A stretch of 64,000 bases of DNA from an uncultured Clostridia bacterium (GTDB lineage: Bacteria > Acidobacteriota > Blastocatellia > UBA7656), in NCBI GenBank assembly GCA_964615905.1, contig CAZTUB010000002.1, positions 154,538-218,537 of the forward strand, read 5' to 3'. Position numbers and translations under genes: made by a program. How positions within the stretch are numbered: position 1 is the stretch's first letter; each line of letters starts with the position of its first letter. This document shows, piece after piece, positions 1 through 10,400 of this stretch. Under the pieces are notes generated by a model. The model was not told where the DNA came from. It searched no databases and saw only the letters and a list, made by a program, of their open reading frames with translations.

Positions 1-2
1 AG

Positions 3-242
3 CACGACACAAAACCCGTCTGGGAGCAGGCTGTTGCGGAGATAGCCGAAACGCGCGCCGAGATGCGCGAGCGTTTCGCGGAACTTCACACAGAGATGCG
101 CGACGGCTTTAAGGAGTTGAACAAAGAGGTCAAGCAGACGAACCGTTTGATACGGACTCTTTCTGATAACTCGTTAAAGATGCAATCCGACATTCGCGAC
201 CTTGATGATCGCCTGGGCGATCTGGGAACCAAGGCCACCTGA
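3..242 (+). CDS. Small coiled-coil hypothetical protein, 5'-truncated by the window edge
   Basis: Open frame from nt 3 to TGA at 240-242: HDTKPVWEQAVAEIAETRAEMRERFAELHTEMRDGFKELNKEVKQTNRLIRTLSDNSLKMQSDIRDLDDRLGDLGTKAT. Heptad-like pattern. Not in the ORF track because its start is outside the window. Confidence 0.7.
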   Translation, partial: HDTKPVWEQAVAEIAETRAEMRERFAELHTEMRDGFKELNKEVKQTNRLIRTLSDNSLKMQSDIRDLDDRLGDLGTKAT

Positions 243-381
243 TTCTTTGCGATCTCGCCCGGTTTATACAGATGGCTGGAAAGTCTTGCGCAAACCATCG
301 AGTATTGTGCTAGCATGAGTCCGCCTCAATCGAAGCTTCTATCAGCGTGGCAGATGGGACCGAGCGCCTGGAAGATAGCAC

Positions 382-1347
382 ATGACAGTGGAAGAGTTCC
401 AAAAAGCGTTCAAAAAAGAGATTGCCCTGACGCTCGCGCGCATCGAGCGTCGATACAACGTCACAGACGACGAGATGGCGGCCGCGCTTCACTCCTCTCT
501 AAAGAAATACCTCTCGTATGAGCCGGGTCAGGCTCAGAGCAAGCTTCAGGAGCGCAAGGCGGTTCGAGAGTTGTTAGACTCGCTCAACCTCGAAGACCTT
601 TGCCTTGCCGTTGCTTGCGCGAAGGGAGACGAAGCGGCCTGGACATATTTCTTTCAGGACTATCGCAGTTATCTTGTAAACATAGCGCGCGCGATGACGC
701 AGGACGCGGGCGCGGCAGAGCAGCTTGCCGACTCCACTTTCGCAGAGCTATACGGGCTGCGCGAGTCCAACGGCGCGCGCGTCAGCAAGTTCTCTTTCTA
801 TTCGGGGCGCGGCTCGCTTCGCGGCTGGCTGCGCGCTGTGGTCTTTCAGCTTTCGGCCGACTCGCACCGCCAGTCGAGCCGTTTCGTCCAGACCGAAGAG
901 CCTGAGGATATGGACAGGCTCGTGCAGAACGCTTCGACGATGGACCGCGCACCCGCGAATGAACTGGGCTTTATCGGCGAGCGCTATCGCGCGGCGGTCA
1001 AAGACGCCCTGGGCCGCGCCATCGCCGAGCTTGAGCCGCGCGAGCGGCTGCTTCTGGCTTACTACTATTATGACGAGCTCACGTTGCGCGAGATCGGGCG
1101 CATGTTCGAGGTTCACGAGGCCACGATAAGCCGCTGGCTCACAAAGGTTCAAAAACGGCTGCGCAAGCTCGTCGAAAAAAGCCTCGCCCGCGACCACGGC
1201 TTTAACCGCCGCGAGGTGAGCGAAGCCATAGAGCTGGCGGCGGAGAAGATGGATATAAACGTCCGCGAATATCTCTACGAAGCCGCGCCGGAGCGCGAGC
1301 GCGACCCGGCTGCCAAGAGCGCGGAAGGCGCTGTTGCGCCGCGCTAG
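382..1347 (+). CDS. ECF-type sigma-70 family RNA polymerase sigma factor with N-terminal extension
   Basis: Region 2 (GDEAAWTYF...YSGRGSLRGWLRAV) and region 4 HTH (LEPRERLLLAYYYYDELTLREIGRMFEVHEATISRWL). Followed by an anti-sigma gene. Confidence 0.9.
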   Translation: MTVEEFQKAFKKEIALTLARIERRYNVTDDEMAAALHSSLKKYLSYEPGQAQSKLQERKAVRELLDSLNLEDLCLAVACAKGDEAAWTYFFQDYRSYLVNIARAMTQDAGAAEQLADSTFAELYGLRESNGARVSKFSFYSGRGSLRGWLRAVVFQLSADSHRQSSRFVQTEEPEDMDRLVQNASTMDRAPANELGFIGERYRAAVKDALGRAIAELEPRERLLLAYYYYDELTLREIGRMFEVHEATISRWLTKVQKRLRKLVEKSLARDHGFNRREVSEAIELAAEKMDINVREYLYEAAPERERDPAAKSAEGAVAPR

Positions 1348-1447
1348 TTAAAAGATAGATAAAGATGACTGGAAGCCGAACAAAAAGTGAAAAAAGGCGC
1401 AAGCAAGACGCCCACGGACGTTCATTTGGAGGAGAAGACCCTGAAGG

Positions 1448-2725
1448 ATGAAGATGTTCTCAAAAACAGAAGACGGGGAAATTGATAATCTGCTCCGCGC
1501 CCATGCGGGGGCGCGGAGCCAAAAGGTTCCGACTTGTTGTGAGTTTGATCCTGATCTGGCCAATGCCTTTGTCGAGCGCCGCTTGAACTCCGTGGAGCGT
1601 GCGCGTTACGAGCGCCATCTGGCAGATTGTTCCCCTTGCCGGAAAAATACCGTACTGCTCGCGCGGATGGCGGACGCCGAAGCTGCGCCCGTCGCCGCCG
1701 GGTTCGCTGCGGCTACCGCCGCGCCTGCTGCGACAGGGGTGCGAACAGGCCTTAGCGCGTTGCTGGCCGGACTCTTCACGCCGCGAGTCGCCATTGGAGC
1801 GGCGGCGGCAATAGTGCTTTTTGCCGTGGCCCTTCCGCTTCTGCTTTCGCGCCAGAGCTTGCCCGGAAACGACGCGGCGAGCCCGGCTGAGATCGCATCG
1901 GCAAAACAGCCAGAAGGTGCGCCTGTGGTTGCTAGTGCTAAAGCAGGCCAGCCCGCGTCTGAACCGACTGCGACCGCCTCGCGCGATACGACAGAGGTCG
2001 CCAGGCAACAGCCCGCAGAATCGTCAACTGTCGAAGAGCCGTCACAGCAGGCGTCCGAAGCCCGCGCTTCCGGCCCGGCTCCTCCGCAGGTTGCGGTAGT
2101 CAATCAGCCTGCGCCTGCCGACGCCGAGCGCTCAGATGTGGTAGCTCAGTTTCCGCCCGCAGCCGCGCCGCCTGCGCCTGAGCCTGTGGCTGAGTCCGCA
2201 GGGACCGAGACGAAGCTTGCCAGGATCGATCCGAAAGAGACGCTTCAGTTGCCGAAAGACGGGCAGGGTTCGGCGGAGGTGAAGGTGCTCAAGCCCGGCG
2301 TCTACATGGGCGAAAAGCGTGAGACCGATACAGGGGGAACGATAAGGCCGCAGGATTCTATCGCGCCGCCTGCTCAATCATCGAGCGATGGCGGTCGCGC
2401 GCGTCGCGGGATTGCGGCGCTGCGGTCATCGGAGTCCGAGCGCAGCGAGCGCAACAAGGCTGAAGCTTCACGCGAGCGCGCGCCCGTGACTCGCAGGGTC
2501 GCCGGCAAAAAGTTCGGGCTGCTCAGAGATGTCTGGACCGATACGGATTATAACCGTAAGAAAGAGCGCCCCGAAGTGACTGTCGTTCGAGGCAGCGACG
2601 TTTACACGGCGTTGCTTGCGAAGCATAGCGGGTTGAAGGTCTACTTCACGAGCTTTGCCGCAGACGAGATGGTCACGGTCGTCTATAAAGACACGGTCTA
2701 TAAGCTCGTCCCTCCAAAAAAATAA
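1448..2725 (+). CDS. Anti-sigma factor: N-terminal zinc finger (zf-HC2-like), one TM helix, Ala/Pro-rich linker, small C-terminal domain
   Basis: C...ERHLADCSPC (HxxxCxxC) motif and hydrophobic segment VAIGAAAAIVLFAVALPLLL. Directly downstream of the ECF sigma gene. Confidence 0.85.
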   Translation: MKMFSKTEDGEIDNLLRAHAGARSQKVPTCCEFDPDLANAFVERRLNSVERARYERHLADCSPCRKNTVLLARMADAEAAPVAAGFAAATAAPAATGVRTGLSALLAGLFTPRVAIGAAAAIVLFAVALPLLLSRQSLPGNDAASPAEIASAKQPEGAPVVASAKAGQPASEPTATASRDTTEVARQQPAESSTVEEPSQQASEARASGPAPPQVAVVNQPAPADAERSDVVAQFPPAAAPPAPEPVAESAGTETKLARIDPKETLQLPKDGQGSAEVKVLKPGVYMGEKRETDTGGTIRPQDSIAPPAQSSSDGGRARRGIAALRSSESERSERNKAEASRERAPVTRRVAGKKFGLLRDVWTDTDYNRKKERPEVTVVRGSDVYTALLAKHSGLKVYFTSFAADEMVTVVYKDTVYKLVPPKK

Positions 2726-2742
2726 GAGCGTGCGAGAGAGAT

Positions 2743-2780
2743 TTCAGGGGGCATAGCTCATATGGGCTATGCCCCCTGAA
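2743..2780 (+). terminator. Intrinsic terminator-like hairpin after the anti-sigma gene
   Basis: Perfect 15-bp inverted repeat TTCAGGGGGCATAGC / GCTATGCCCCCTGAA followed by a T-rich tract. Confidence 0.75.
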
Positions 2781-2832
2781 TCATTTCTTACCGCTTTTGC
2801 TTTCCTCCCTCCGTTTCCATAAGATAATCGAG

Positions 2833-5511
2833 ATGATTAGCTACCCGGCTCGTTATGAATCCGACATCCTGCTACGCGACGGCTCGACTCTTCGTTTAAG
2901 ACCGATCAAGACGGACGACCTCGATGCGTTTATCGCGCTACACAATCGCCTCTCTCCAAAGAGCGTCTACTTCCGTTTCTTCGCCCCTATCCCTGAGCTG
3001 ACTAAAGAGAGCGCGCGCGAGCTTGTCGCGGTTGATTACCAGGACAGCTTTGCGCTGGTTGGCGAGCTTGCCGGGAGGCTCGTCGCCGTGGCTCACTACT
3101 TTCGAAATAAAGAAGCTCCCGACCGCGCCGAAGTCTCTTTCGTGACCGAAGACGCTTTGCAGGGTCGCGGCATCGCGAGCCGCATGCTCGAACGGCTCGC
3201 AGAGATAGCCAGAGAGCACGACATAACAACCTTTGAGGCTTATGTGCTCGGCGACAACCGTAAGATGATGGATGTCTTCATACGGTCGGGCTTTTCGGTC
3301 GAGCGGCGGCTCGACGGCGGCGTTTTTATAGTCACCTTCCCGATCACGCTCACGCCGGAGTTTGAAGAGCGGGCCGCCACGCGGTCCATAGCGGCGGCCA
3401 GCGCGTCGATGAAGGTCTTTTTTGAGCCGAAGGCCATAGCGGTCGTCGGCGCAGGCCGCCGTCGCGGGTCGATAGGCGCGGAGGTATTTCATAACCTCGT
3501 CTCGGCCGGTTTTCAGGGGGTCGTCTACCCTGTCAACGAGCGCGCAAACGTCGTCGGCTCGGTCCACGCATACAAGCGCGTCACAGAGATCCCGGCAGAG
3601 ATAGACCTCGCCGTCATCATAGTCCCCGCCGCACAGGTCGAGCACGTAGTCGAAGACTGCATATCGAAAGGCGTTCGCGGCATCATCATCATCAGCGCGG
3701 GTTTTGCCGAGACCGGGGCCGAAGGCCGCGCGCGCGAAGCCGCGATACTTGATCGCGCGCGCGCGGCGGGCGTCCGTTTGATCGGCCCGAACTGCATGGG
3801 CGTGATAAACACAGACCCCCGCGTTCAGCTTAACGCGACTTTCTCGCCCGTCTACCCGCCCTCGGGCTCCGTAGCGATGTTGACGCAAAGCGGCGCGCTG
3901 GGGCTTGCGATCCTCGACTACGCGCGGCGGTTAAACCTGGGAATTTCGACGTTCGTCTCCGTCGGAAATAAGGCCGACGTGTCGAGCAACGATCTCATTC
4001 AATACTGGGCCGACGACCCTCGCACGGAAGTGATACTCCTTTACCTTGAAAGCTTCGGCAACCCGCGCAAGTTCGGCACGATTGCTCGCAGGATCTCGCG
4101 CGCAAAACCTATTGTCGCGGTCAAGTCGGGCCGGTCGCGGGCCGGTGCGCGCGCCGCGTCTTCGCATTCGGGCGCGCTTGCTTCGACAGAGACGGCGGTG
4201 AATGCGTTGTTTCGACAGGCGGGCGTCATCCGCACAGACACTCTTGAAGAACTCTTCGACGTGGCGAACCTGCTCGCGCACCAGCCCGTGCCTCAAGGCA
4301 GGCGCGTCGCTATTCTTACGAACGCGGGCGGGCCAGGCATCCTCGCCGCCGACGCTTGCGAAGCGCACGGGCTGGAATTGCCTGCCCTGACAGACGCGAC
4401 CATAACAGAGCTGAGGTCGTTCCTTCCCGCCGCCGCGAGCGTCGCCAACCCGGTCGATATGATCGCGTCGGCTACCGACAAGCATTACCTTCGAGCGACG
4501 CGCGCGCTCCTGGCCGATGAGAACATCGATAGTGTCGTGGTGATCTTCATCCCGCCGCTTGCCACGCAGCCCGAAGCGGTCGCCGCCGCGATAGTCGAAG
4601 GCGCGCGCGAAGCCAACGGCAAGCCTGTGCTTGCAAACTTCATGAGCGCCAGAGGCATACCGGAAATTCTATCGAGCATACCGAGCTTCATCTTTCCCGA
4701 AGCCGCCGCAACGGCGCTCGCGCGGGTGACCGCCTACGGCGAATGGCGCGCGCGCGACTTGGGAACGGTCCCTGTGCTCGACCGTATACGCATGCGGGAG
4801 GCCCGCGCCTGTGTCGAGCAGGCGCTCAGTCGAGGCGGCGGCTGGCTCGACGCGCTTGAGGTCGAGCGCCTGCTCGGCGCGGTCGGCATTCCGGTCGCCC
4901 GCACGCGCTCTGTCAGCGATATGGACGGAGCCGTGGCCGCATCCGTAAGCGCAGGCTTTCCGGTTGCGCTCAAAGCTGTAGGTCCGGGCCTGCTGCACAA
5001 AACGGAAGTGGGTGGAGTCGCGCTCAGGCTGGGGACGGAAGAGGCCGTGCGCGCCGCATATGCGGATATGCGCGGCAGGCTCGGCGAGAGCATGACCGGC
5101 GCGGTTGTACAGGAGATGGTCGAAGGCGGCGTCGAGGTGATAGTGGGTGCGACGCTCGACGCGACCTTCGGCCCTCTTATCGTTTACGGCAGCGGCGGAA
5201 TACTGGTCGAGCTACAGAATGACGTGGCGTTTCGCATGCACCCGGTCACGGAAACAGATGTGCGCGAGATGATGGACGAGGTGAAAGGCACGCAATTGCT
5301 CAGGGGTTATCGCGGAGCGCCCCCGGCTGACGAGCCTGCGCTCGTAGACGTAATCCTGCGAGTCTCGGCCTTGCTCGAAATATGCCCGCAGATTCAGGAG
5401 ATAGACGCCAACCCGGTCAAGATATTAGAGAAAGGCGCTAAAGTCGTCGACGCACGCGTGCGAGTAGGCCGCCTTGTCGACCCGGCCCCGACCCGGCGCA
5501 TAGCCTATTGA
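2833..5511 (+). CDS. GNAT N-acetyltransferase fused to ADP-forming acyl-CoA ligase-like domains (Pat-type protein lysine acetyltransferase)
   Basis: N-terminal GNAT (LQGRGIASRML), CoA-binding domain (IAVVGA...IGPNCMG), SQSG-like TQSGALG, GNKADV, and C-terminal ATP-grasp (LHKTEVGGV; IDANPV). Start placed at ATG 2833; the track uses TTG 2797. Confidence 0.88.
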   Translation: MISYPARYESDILLRDGSTLRLRPIKTDDLDAFIALHNRLSPKSVYFRFFAPIPELTKESARELVAVDYQDSFALVGELAGRLVAVAHYFRNKEAPDRAEVSFVTEDALQGRGIASRMLERLAEIAREHDITTFEAYVLGDNRKMMDVFIRSGFSVERRLDGGVFIVTFPITLTPEFEERAATRSIAAASASMKVFFEPKAIAVVGAGRRRGSIGAEVFHNLVSAGFQGVVYPVNERANVVGSVHAYKRVTEIPAEIDLAVIIVPAAQVEHVVEDCISKGVRGIIIISAGFAETGAEGRAREAAILDRARAAGVRLIGPNCMGVINTDPRVQLNATFSPVYPPSGSVAMLTQSGALGLAILDYARRLNLGISTFVSVGNKADVSSNDLIQYWADDPRTEVILLYLESFGNPRKFGTIARRISRAKPIVAVKSGRSRAGARAASSHSGALASTETAVNALFRQAGVIRTDTLEELFDVANLLAHQPVPQGRRVAILTNAGGPGILAADACEAHGLELPALTDATITELRSFLPAAASVANPVDMIASATDKHYLRATRALLADENIDSVVVIFIPPLATQPEAVAAAIVEGAREANGKPVLANFMSARGIPEILSSIPSFIFPEAAATALARVTAYGEWRARDLGTVPVLDRIRMREARACVEQALSRGGGWLDALEVERLLGAVGIPVARTRSVSDMDGAVAASVSAGFPVALKAVGPGLLHKTEVGGVALRLGTEEAVRAAYADMRGRLGESMTGAVVQEMVEGGVEVIVGATLDATFGPLIVYGSGGILVELQNDVAFRMHPVTETDVREMMDEVKGTQLLRGYRGAPPADEPALVDVILRVSALLEICPQIQEIDANPVKILEKGAKVVDARVRVGRLVDPAPTRRIAY

Positions 5512-5542
5512 AGGAACGTAAACCGTGATAAGAAAGAAGAGA

Positions 5543-5634
5543 GTGACAAGTAACAAGTGACAAGTGACAAGAAAGACGGGAGCGGGGCTTAATCGGTTCC
5601 TCTCTCTTGTCACTTGTCACTTGTTACTTGTCAC
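5543..5634. repeat. REP-like long inverted repeat built from ACAAGTG heptamers between convergent genes
   Basis: GTGACAAGTAACAAGTGACAAGTGACAAG (5543-5571) is the perfect reverse complement of 5606-5634. Confidence 0.85.
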
Positions 5635-5644
5635 CTTCCTACTC

Positions 5645-6043
5645 TTATCCCATCGAGCTTGTGCGTTGAGGCTCGATCTTGTAGAGAACGCGCCGCTCGC
5701 CCGGACGACGCCAGGGGTACTTGTCTTTGTCTATATACTTTTTAGCCATCTTGTCTATGTGTTCTTCCGCGCCTTCTTCGGTTATCTCTTTGACGCGGCC
5801 TCTGACTTCGAGATAGCGGTAGGGGTTGTCCGGGTCCATGATCGAAAGCGAAACGGCAGGGTTGCGCTCCATGTTCTTGTCCTTCTGACGACCGCGCGCA
5901 GAGTTCACCAGCACGTATTCGCCGTCATAGTCAATCCACACAGGCGTCACCTGCGGCGTGCCGTCAGGCATCATCGTAGCCAGGTTCGCGAAGGCCTTCT
6001 TCTCAAACAGATCTCGATATTTTTCAGGTATTGCTTCCGCCAT
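5645..6043 (-). CDS. PPOX class (split-barrel) F420/FMN-dependent oxidoreductase
   Basis: LATMMPDGTPQVTPVW...KDKNMERNPAVSLSI...YRYLEVRG. AGGAGG RBS upstream of ATG 6043. Confidence 0.88.
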   Translation of the reverse strand: MAEAIPEKYRDLFEKKAFANLATMMPDGTPQVTPVWIDYDGEYVLVNSARGRQKDKNMERNPAVSLSIMDPDNPYRYLEVRGRVKEITEEGAEEHIDKMAKKYIDKDKYPWRRPGERRVLYKIEPQRTSSMG

Positions 6044-6111
6044 AAGTCCTCCTTGAAGATCGTCTGTCATTATCTGGAATTGTGACTCACAAGTGAAATT
6101 TTGTGAAGCTG

Positions 6112-6435
6112 CTAATCGAGGGAAATCTCGACGGGGAGCCCTTCGCCCCAGCCGTATTTCTCTCGCGCCGCCGATTGAGTCGCTTCCCATAGCGCGCGGT
6201 CGCCTTCGGGGTCGAGCACACGAGCGGTGGCGGTCGATTCCACCTCGCCCACGCGCACCCTCACGCGCGGATCTTGTAAGACGTTTTTCACCCACTGCGT
6301 TTTATGGAAGTGTTCGGCGAAGATATAGAACTTACCTTCACTTCGGATAAACCATATCTCGATCTGGCGCGGCTGGCCCGTCTTGCGCCCGGTGGTCGTC
6401 AGGTAAAGATATTGCTCCTCGGCTCGCTCGGTCAT
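6112..6435 (-). CDS. Deazaflavin-dependent nitroreductase (DUF385/Ddn-like) family protein
   Basis: LYLTTTGRKTGQPRQIEIWF and WVKNVLQDPRVRVRVG motifs. Confidence 0.85.
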   Translation of the reverse strand: MTERAEEQYLYLTTTGRKTGQPRQIEIWFIRSEGKFYIFAEHFHKTQWVKNVLQDPRVRVRVGEVESTATARVLDPEGDRALWEATQSAAREKYGWGEGLPVEISLD

Positions 6436-6529
6436 GAAAATATCATCGGGCAACAGCCGACAAGTGCGCAAGCGGCTGCTTGACGGCAGCGGCGCGCGGC
6501 TCGTAACCTGAGCGGTGAGGGTTCCAACG

Positions 6530-7273
6530 ATGGATCAAGATATAAGACTCGACGCGCTCGGCATCGGCGCGCATCCTGACGACACGGAGTTCTCGTGCGG
6601 CGGCACGCTCGTAAAGCTCGCCGCGCTCGGATACCGTGTAGGCATACTCGACATGGCGCGCGGCGAGCTTGGCACGCGCGGGTCTGCGGAGATTCGCGCT
6701 CGCGAAGCAGAGGCGGCCGCCTCCGCTTTAGGGCTTGCGGTGCGCGATAACCTTGAGCTGCCCGACGGTCATATCTGGCTCACGCTGGAGTCGCGCCTTC
6801 GCATGGTGCGAAAGATTCGGCAGTACCGGCCCCGCGTGATCTTCACGCATTACTGGGAAGACCCGCACCCTGACCACGTTCATACCTGCCAGATAGTCCG
6901 CGAAGCGGCGCACGTCGCAGGGCTTGCCAAGTACGACGGCGATTATGGGCAGGAACGATTCCGGCCTTCGGCTGTCGCACATTTCATGTTCCCGCGCACG
7001 GTCGTTCCCAGCTTTGTCGTCGATATAACCGATCACGCGAAGCAGAAGTGGGAAGCCGTCGCTTGCTACCGCTCGCAGCTTTACGACCCCGCAAGCCAGG
7101 AGCCCGAAACCGCCATAAGCAACGAAGCATTCCTGGGCCGCCTGGAATCCCGCGAGCGGTTTTACGGCTCACTCATCGCGGTCGAACGCGCCGAAGCGTT
7201 CGTCGTGCGCGAAGCGCTCAACGTTGGCGACCCGGTCGAGCTTCTGACTCGGCGGATGAATATGTACTCCTGA
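6530..7273 (+). CDS. bshB1: Bacillithiol biosynthesis deacetylase BshB1 (PIG-L family)
   Basis: AHPDDTE, GELGTRG and HPDH motifs. TGATG-coupled to bshA. Confidence 0.9.
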   Translation: MDQDIRLDALGIGAHPDDTEFSCGGTLVKLAALGYRVGILDMARGELGTRGSAEIRAREAEAAASALGLAVRDNLELPDGHIWLTLESRLRMVRKIRQYRPRVIFTHYWEDPHPDHVHTCQIVREAAHVAGLAKYDGDYGQERFRPSAVAHFMFPRTVVPSFVVDITDHAKQKWEAVACYRSQLYDPASQEPETAISNEAFLGRLESRERFYGSLIAVERAEAFVVREALNVGDPVELLTRRMNMYS

Positions 7274-8424
7274 TGAAGATCGGCATAACCTGTTACCCGT
7301 CATACGGCGGCAGCGGCATAGTCGGCGCGGAGCTGGGGCTTGAGCTTGCCCGTCGCGGCCACGAGATCCATTTCGTAAGCTACGCCCCGCCGATGCGACT
7401 CGGAAACGCGGCGCTGCGCGAACGCATACAGTTTCACTCGGTCGATATGCTGAGCTACCCGCTGTTCGACTACCCGCCCTACACCGACGCGCTCGCGTCG
7501 AAGCTGTGCGAGGTCGCGCGCTCGCACTCGCTTGACCTGCTGCACGTGCATTATGCGATACCGCACGCCGTCAGCGCGTATCTCGCGCGCGAGATGCTCA
7601 AGCCTGAGCGATACCTGCCCGTAGTCACGACGCTGCACGGGACAGATATAACGCTTGTCGGGCGCGACCCCTCGTTCCTGTCGATCACGCGGTTCGGCAT
7701 AGAGCAGTCGGACGCGGTTACGGCGATCTCCAGCTACCTGCGCGAAGCCACTATGGATACGTTCTGCGCCTCTTGCTCGATAGATGTTATCTACAACTTC
7801 ATCGACGCAGGTTTTTATAAGCGCGCCCCCGACCTGTCGCTCAAGCGGGAATTTGTTCCCGACCATGAAAAGCTCATACTGCACATATCGACCTTTCGCC
7901 CCGTAAAACGGATCATGGATTGCCTTGAGGTCATGGCGCGCATTCGTGTGAGCGAGAGCGTGCGCGCGCGCCTTGTCATGTGCGGCGACGGTCCTGAGCG
8001 GGCCGAAGCCGAAGCGATGGCCGAACGGCTCGGCGTGGCCGACTCGGTCGTTTTCGTCGGCAAGCAACCGCAATCGCAGATACGCGATTATCTTTCGGTC
8101 GCGGATTTGCTGCTGCTGCCGAGCCAGACAGAGTCGTTCGGGCTGGTCGCGCTCGAAGCTATGGCCTGCGAAGTCCCTGTCATCGCCACGCGCGTAGGCG
8201 GGCTGCCTGAAGTCGTGATCGACGGCGAAACCGGGTTTCTGTTTGATGTAGGCGACGTGGATCAGATGGCCGGGGCGGCGCTCCGCATTCTTTCCGATAC
8301 GGGCGAAGCCGAGCGGCTCGGCAAGCAAGGCCGCACGCGGGCCGTCACCCATTTCACAACCGATAAGATAATCCCTCAGTACGAAAAGCTGTACTCAGAT
8401 GTCCTGAACAGGCGCGCTGGCTGA
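7273..8424 (+). CDS. bshA: N-acetyl-alpha-D-glucosaminyl L-malate synthase BshA (GT4)
   Basis: [48 protein letters not shown] and [13 protein letters not shown]. Start is ATG 7273, not the longer track ORF. Confidence 0.93.
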   Translation: MKIGITCYPSYGGSGIVGAELGLELARRGHEIHFVSYAPPMRLGNAALRERIQFHSVDMLSYPLFDYPPYTDALASKLCEVARSHSLDLLHVHYAIPHAVSAYLAREMLKPERYLPVVTTLHGTDITLVGRDPSFLSITRFGIEQSDAVTAISSYLREATMDTFCASCSIDVIYNFIDAGFYKRAPDLSLKREFVPDHEKLILHISTFRPVKRIMDCLEVMARIRVSESVRARLVMCGDGPERAEAEAMAERLGVADSVVFVGKQPQSQIRDYLSVADLLLLPSQTESFGLVALEAMACEVPVIATRVGGLPEVVIDGETGFLFDVGDVDQMAGAALRILSDTGEAERLGKQGRTRAVTHFTTDKIIPQYEKLYSDVLNRRAG

Positions 8425-8500
8425 TCTCAGGTCAGGTGACCGAACACCCGGTCGTCTATGCGGCGGTTGAACGACTACAAAAGCCCTAAGGAGAGGACGC

Positions 8501-10381
8501 ATGCGTTTAAGAAAGCAAATATCAAATAAGACACATCTCGCGGCGCGGCTTTCGGTGGCGCTCGCCGCGCTCGCGGTCCTGTTGAGCTTGAGCCTGTCGC
8601 CGTCTCAGGCTCACATGGCAAAGCAAGAAAAGACCCTGGTATTTAAGAACGTGCGAATCTTTGACGGCGAGAAGGTGATTTCGCGCGGGGCGGTTGTCGT
8701 CCGTGGCGGCCGTATCGCGTCTGTAGGAAGAACTGCAATCGTTCCTGTTGACGCCGAGGTTATCGATGCAATGGGGCAGACGCTATTGCCCGGTTTTATC
8801 GATTCACACACGCACACGTTCGGCCCCGTCTTGAAACAGGCCCTGGTCTTTGGCGTGACGACCCAGCTCGATATGTTTACCGATCACAACTTTGCCGCTC
8901 AGATGAGAAAAGAGCAGGCGGCCGGGCAAGCAAACGACCGGGCAGACCTTTTTTCAGCCGGGACTCTTGTTACTGCGCCGCGCGGGCACGGAACCCAGTT
9001 CGGTCTGCGGATTCCCACTATCACTTCGCCTGAAGAGGCCGAAGCCTTTGTCGATGCGCGCATCAAAGAGGGCTCGGATTATATAAAGATCGTCTACGAC
9101 AACGGCAGCTCATACGGCAGAACTAGCTCAACCTTAAGCAAAGCGACGATGCAGGCCGTAATAGCCGCCGCTCACAAGCGGGGCAAGCTTGCGGTCGTTC
9201 ATATACACTCGCTCGGCGAAGCGCGCGAAGCGGTTGAAGCAGGCGCAGACGGGCTCGTCCATCTCTTTATCGACCGCGCAGCCGACGAGCAGTTTATCAA
9301 TTTAGTAACCTCTCGCCGCGTCTTTGTGATACCCACGCTCACGGTTATAGATAGCGTCGCGGGTCGCGCTTCGGGCGCAATGCTCGCTCAGGATGCGAGT
9401 CTTGCGGCTGCGTTGTCTGCCGAAAATACGACCGCTCTGAACACGGGTTTTCCGGCCAACCCGAAAACGGCCGAAGGGCTCAAGGTGGCTCAGGGCGCGG
9501 TGCGCGCGCTTAAAGCCGCGCGAGTCCCGATCCTTGCCGGTACCGACGCGCCCAACCCCGGCACGGCGCACGGCGTAAGCATGCACCGCGAGCTTGAGCT
9601 GCTGGTCGAAGCAGGGCTCACTCCTGCCGAAGCTCTCGCTTCCGCGACATCGATACCGGCGAAGCATTTTCAGTTGAATGACAGGGGCCGCATAGCGACC
9701 GGGCTCAGAGCCGACCTCGTGCTCGTCAAAGGCGACCCGACCGCCGACATAAAAGCTGCACGCAACATCGTCGGCGTGTGGAAGCAGGGCGTTCGCATGG
9801 ACCGCGAGGGCTACATCTCCGCTATAGCCTCGGCCAGAGCCGAAACGGCACGCTTGCGCGAAGCGCCCGCGCCCGCCGGGTCCGAATCGGGGCTTGTAAG
9901 CGATTTCGAGCAGGAAAAACCTGTAAGCAAATTCGGTTCGGGCTGGGAGGTCTCGACCGATAGTGTCGCAGGCGGAAAATCGGTTGGCGAGATAAAGATC
10001 AGCCCCGAAGGCGCTGCGGGCAGTCGCGGCTCGCTTTTGATAAGCGGCGAAGTTATGACCGGCTTTTCATTCCCGTGGGCGGGCGCGATGTTTTTCCCCG
10101 GTCCCGCGCCGATGGAGCCCGCGAACCTGTCGTCAAAAAAAGAGATCAGCTTCTGGGCGAAAGGCGACAACAAGACATACCGCGTCATGATCTTCTCCAG
10201 GAGCCGTGGATTCAGACCCGGAACCCGAACCTTTGTCGCGGGGCCGGAATGGAAGCGGTATAGTTTTCGGCTTTCAGAATTCGACGGCCTCGACGGGCAC
10301 GATGTGACAGGGGTAACCTTCGCGGGCGGCCCTGCGCCGGGCAAGTTCGCGCTTCAGATAGACGATCTCAGATTTCACTGA
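8501..10381 (+). CDS. Exported amidohydrolase fused to a C-terminal CIA30/CBM11-like domain
   Basis: Signal peptide, PGFIDSHTH metal motif, LAGTDA, and C-terminal DFE...W...SDSVAGGKS...ISFWAKGD...W...F galactose-binding-like domain. Confidence 0.85.
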   Translation: MRLRKQISNKTHLAARLSVALAALAVLLSLSLSPSQAHMAKQEKTLVFKNVRIFDGEKVISRGAVVVRGGRIASVGRTAIVPVDAEVIDAMGQTLLPGFIDSHTHTFGPVLKQALVFGVTTQLDMFTDHNFAAQMRKEQAAGQANDRADLFSAGTLVTAPRGHGTQFGLRIPTITSPEEAEAFVDARIKEGSDYIKIVYDNGSSYGRTSSTLSKATMQAVIAAAHKRGKLAVVHIHSLGEAREAVEAGADGLVHLFIDRAADEQFINLVTSRRVFVIPTLTVIDSVAGRASGAMLAQDASLAAALSAENTTALNTGFPANPKTAEGLKVAQGAVRALKAARVPILAGTDAPNPGTAHGVSMHRELELLVEAGLTPAEALASATSIPAKHFQLNDRGRIATGLRADLVLVKGDPTADIKAARNIVGVWKQGVRMDREGYISAIASARAETARLREAPAPAGSESGLVSDFEQEKPVSKFGSGWEVSTDSVAGGKSVGEIKISPEGAAGSRGSLLISGEVMTGFSFPWAGAMFFPGPAPMEPANLSSKKEISFWAKGDNKTYRVMIFSRSRGFRPGTRTFVAGPEWKRYSFRLSEFDGLDGHDVTGVTFAGGPAPGKFALQIDDLRFH

Positions 10382-10400
10382 GCGTCGAAATAATCGAACG

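Noticed and set aside
5564-6085. 173-aa plus-strand ORF with LVTCHL repeats
   Set aside because: It is the translation of the heptamer palindrome plus the antisense of the PPOX gene.
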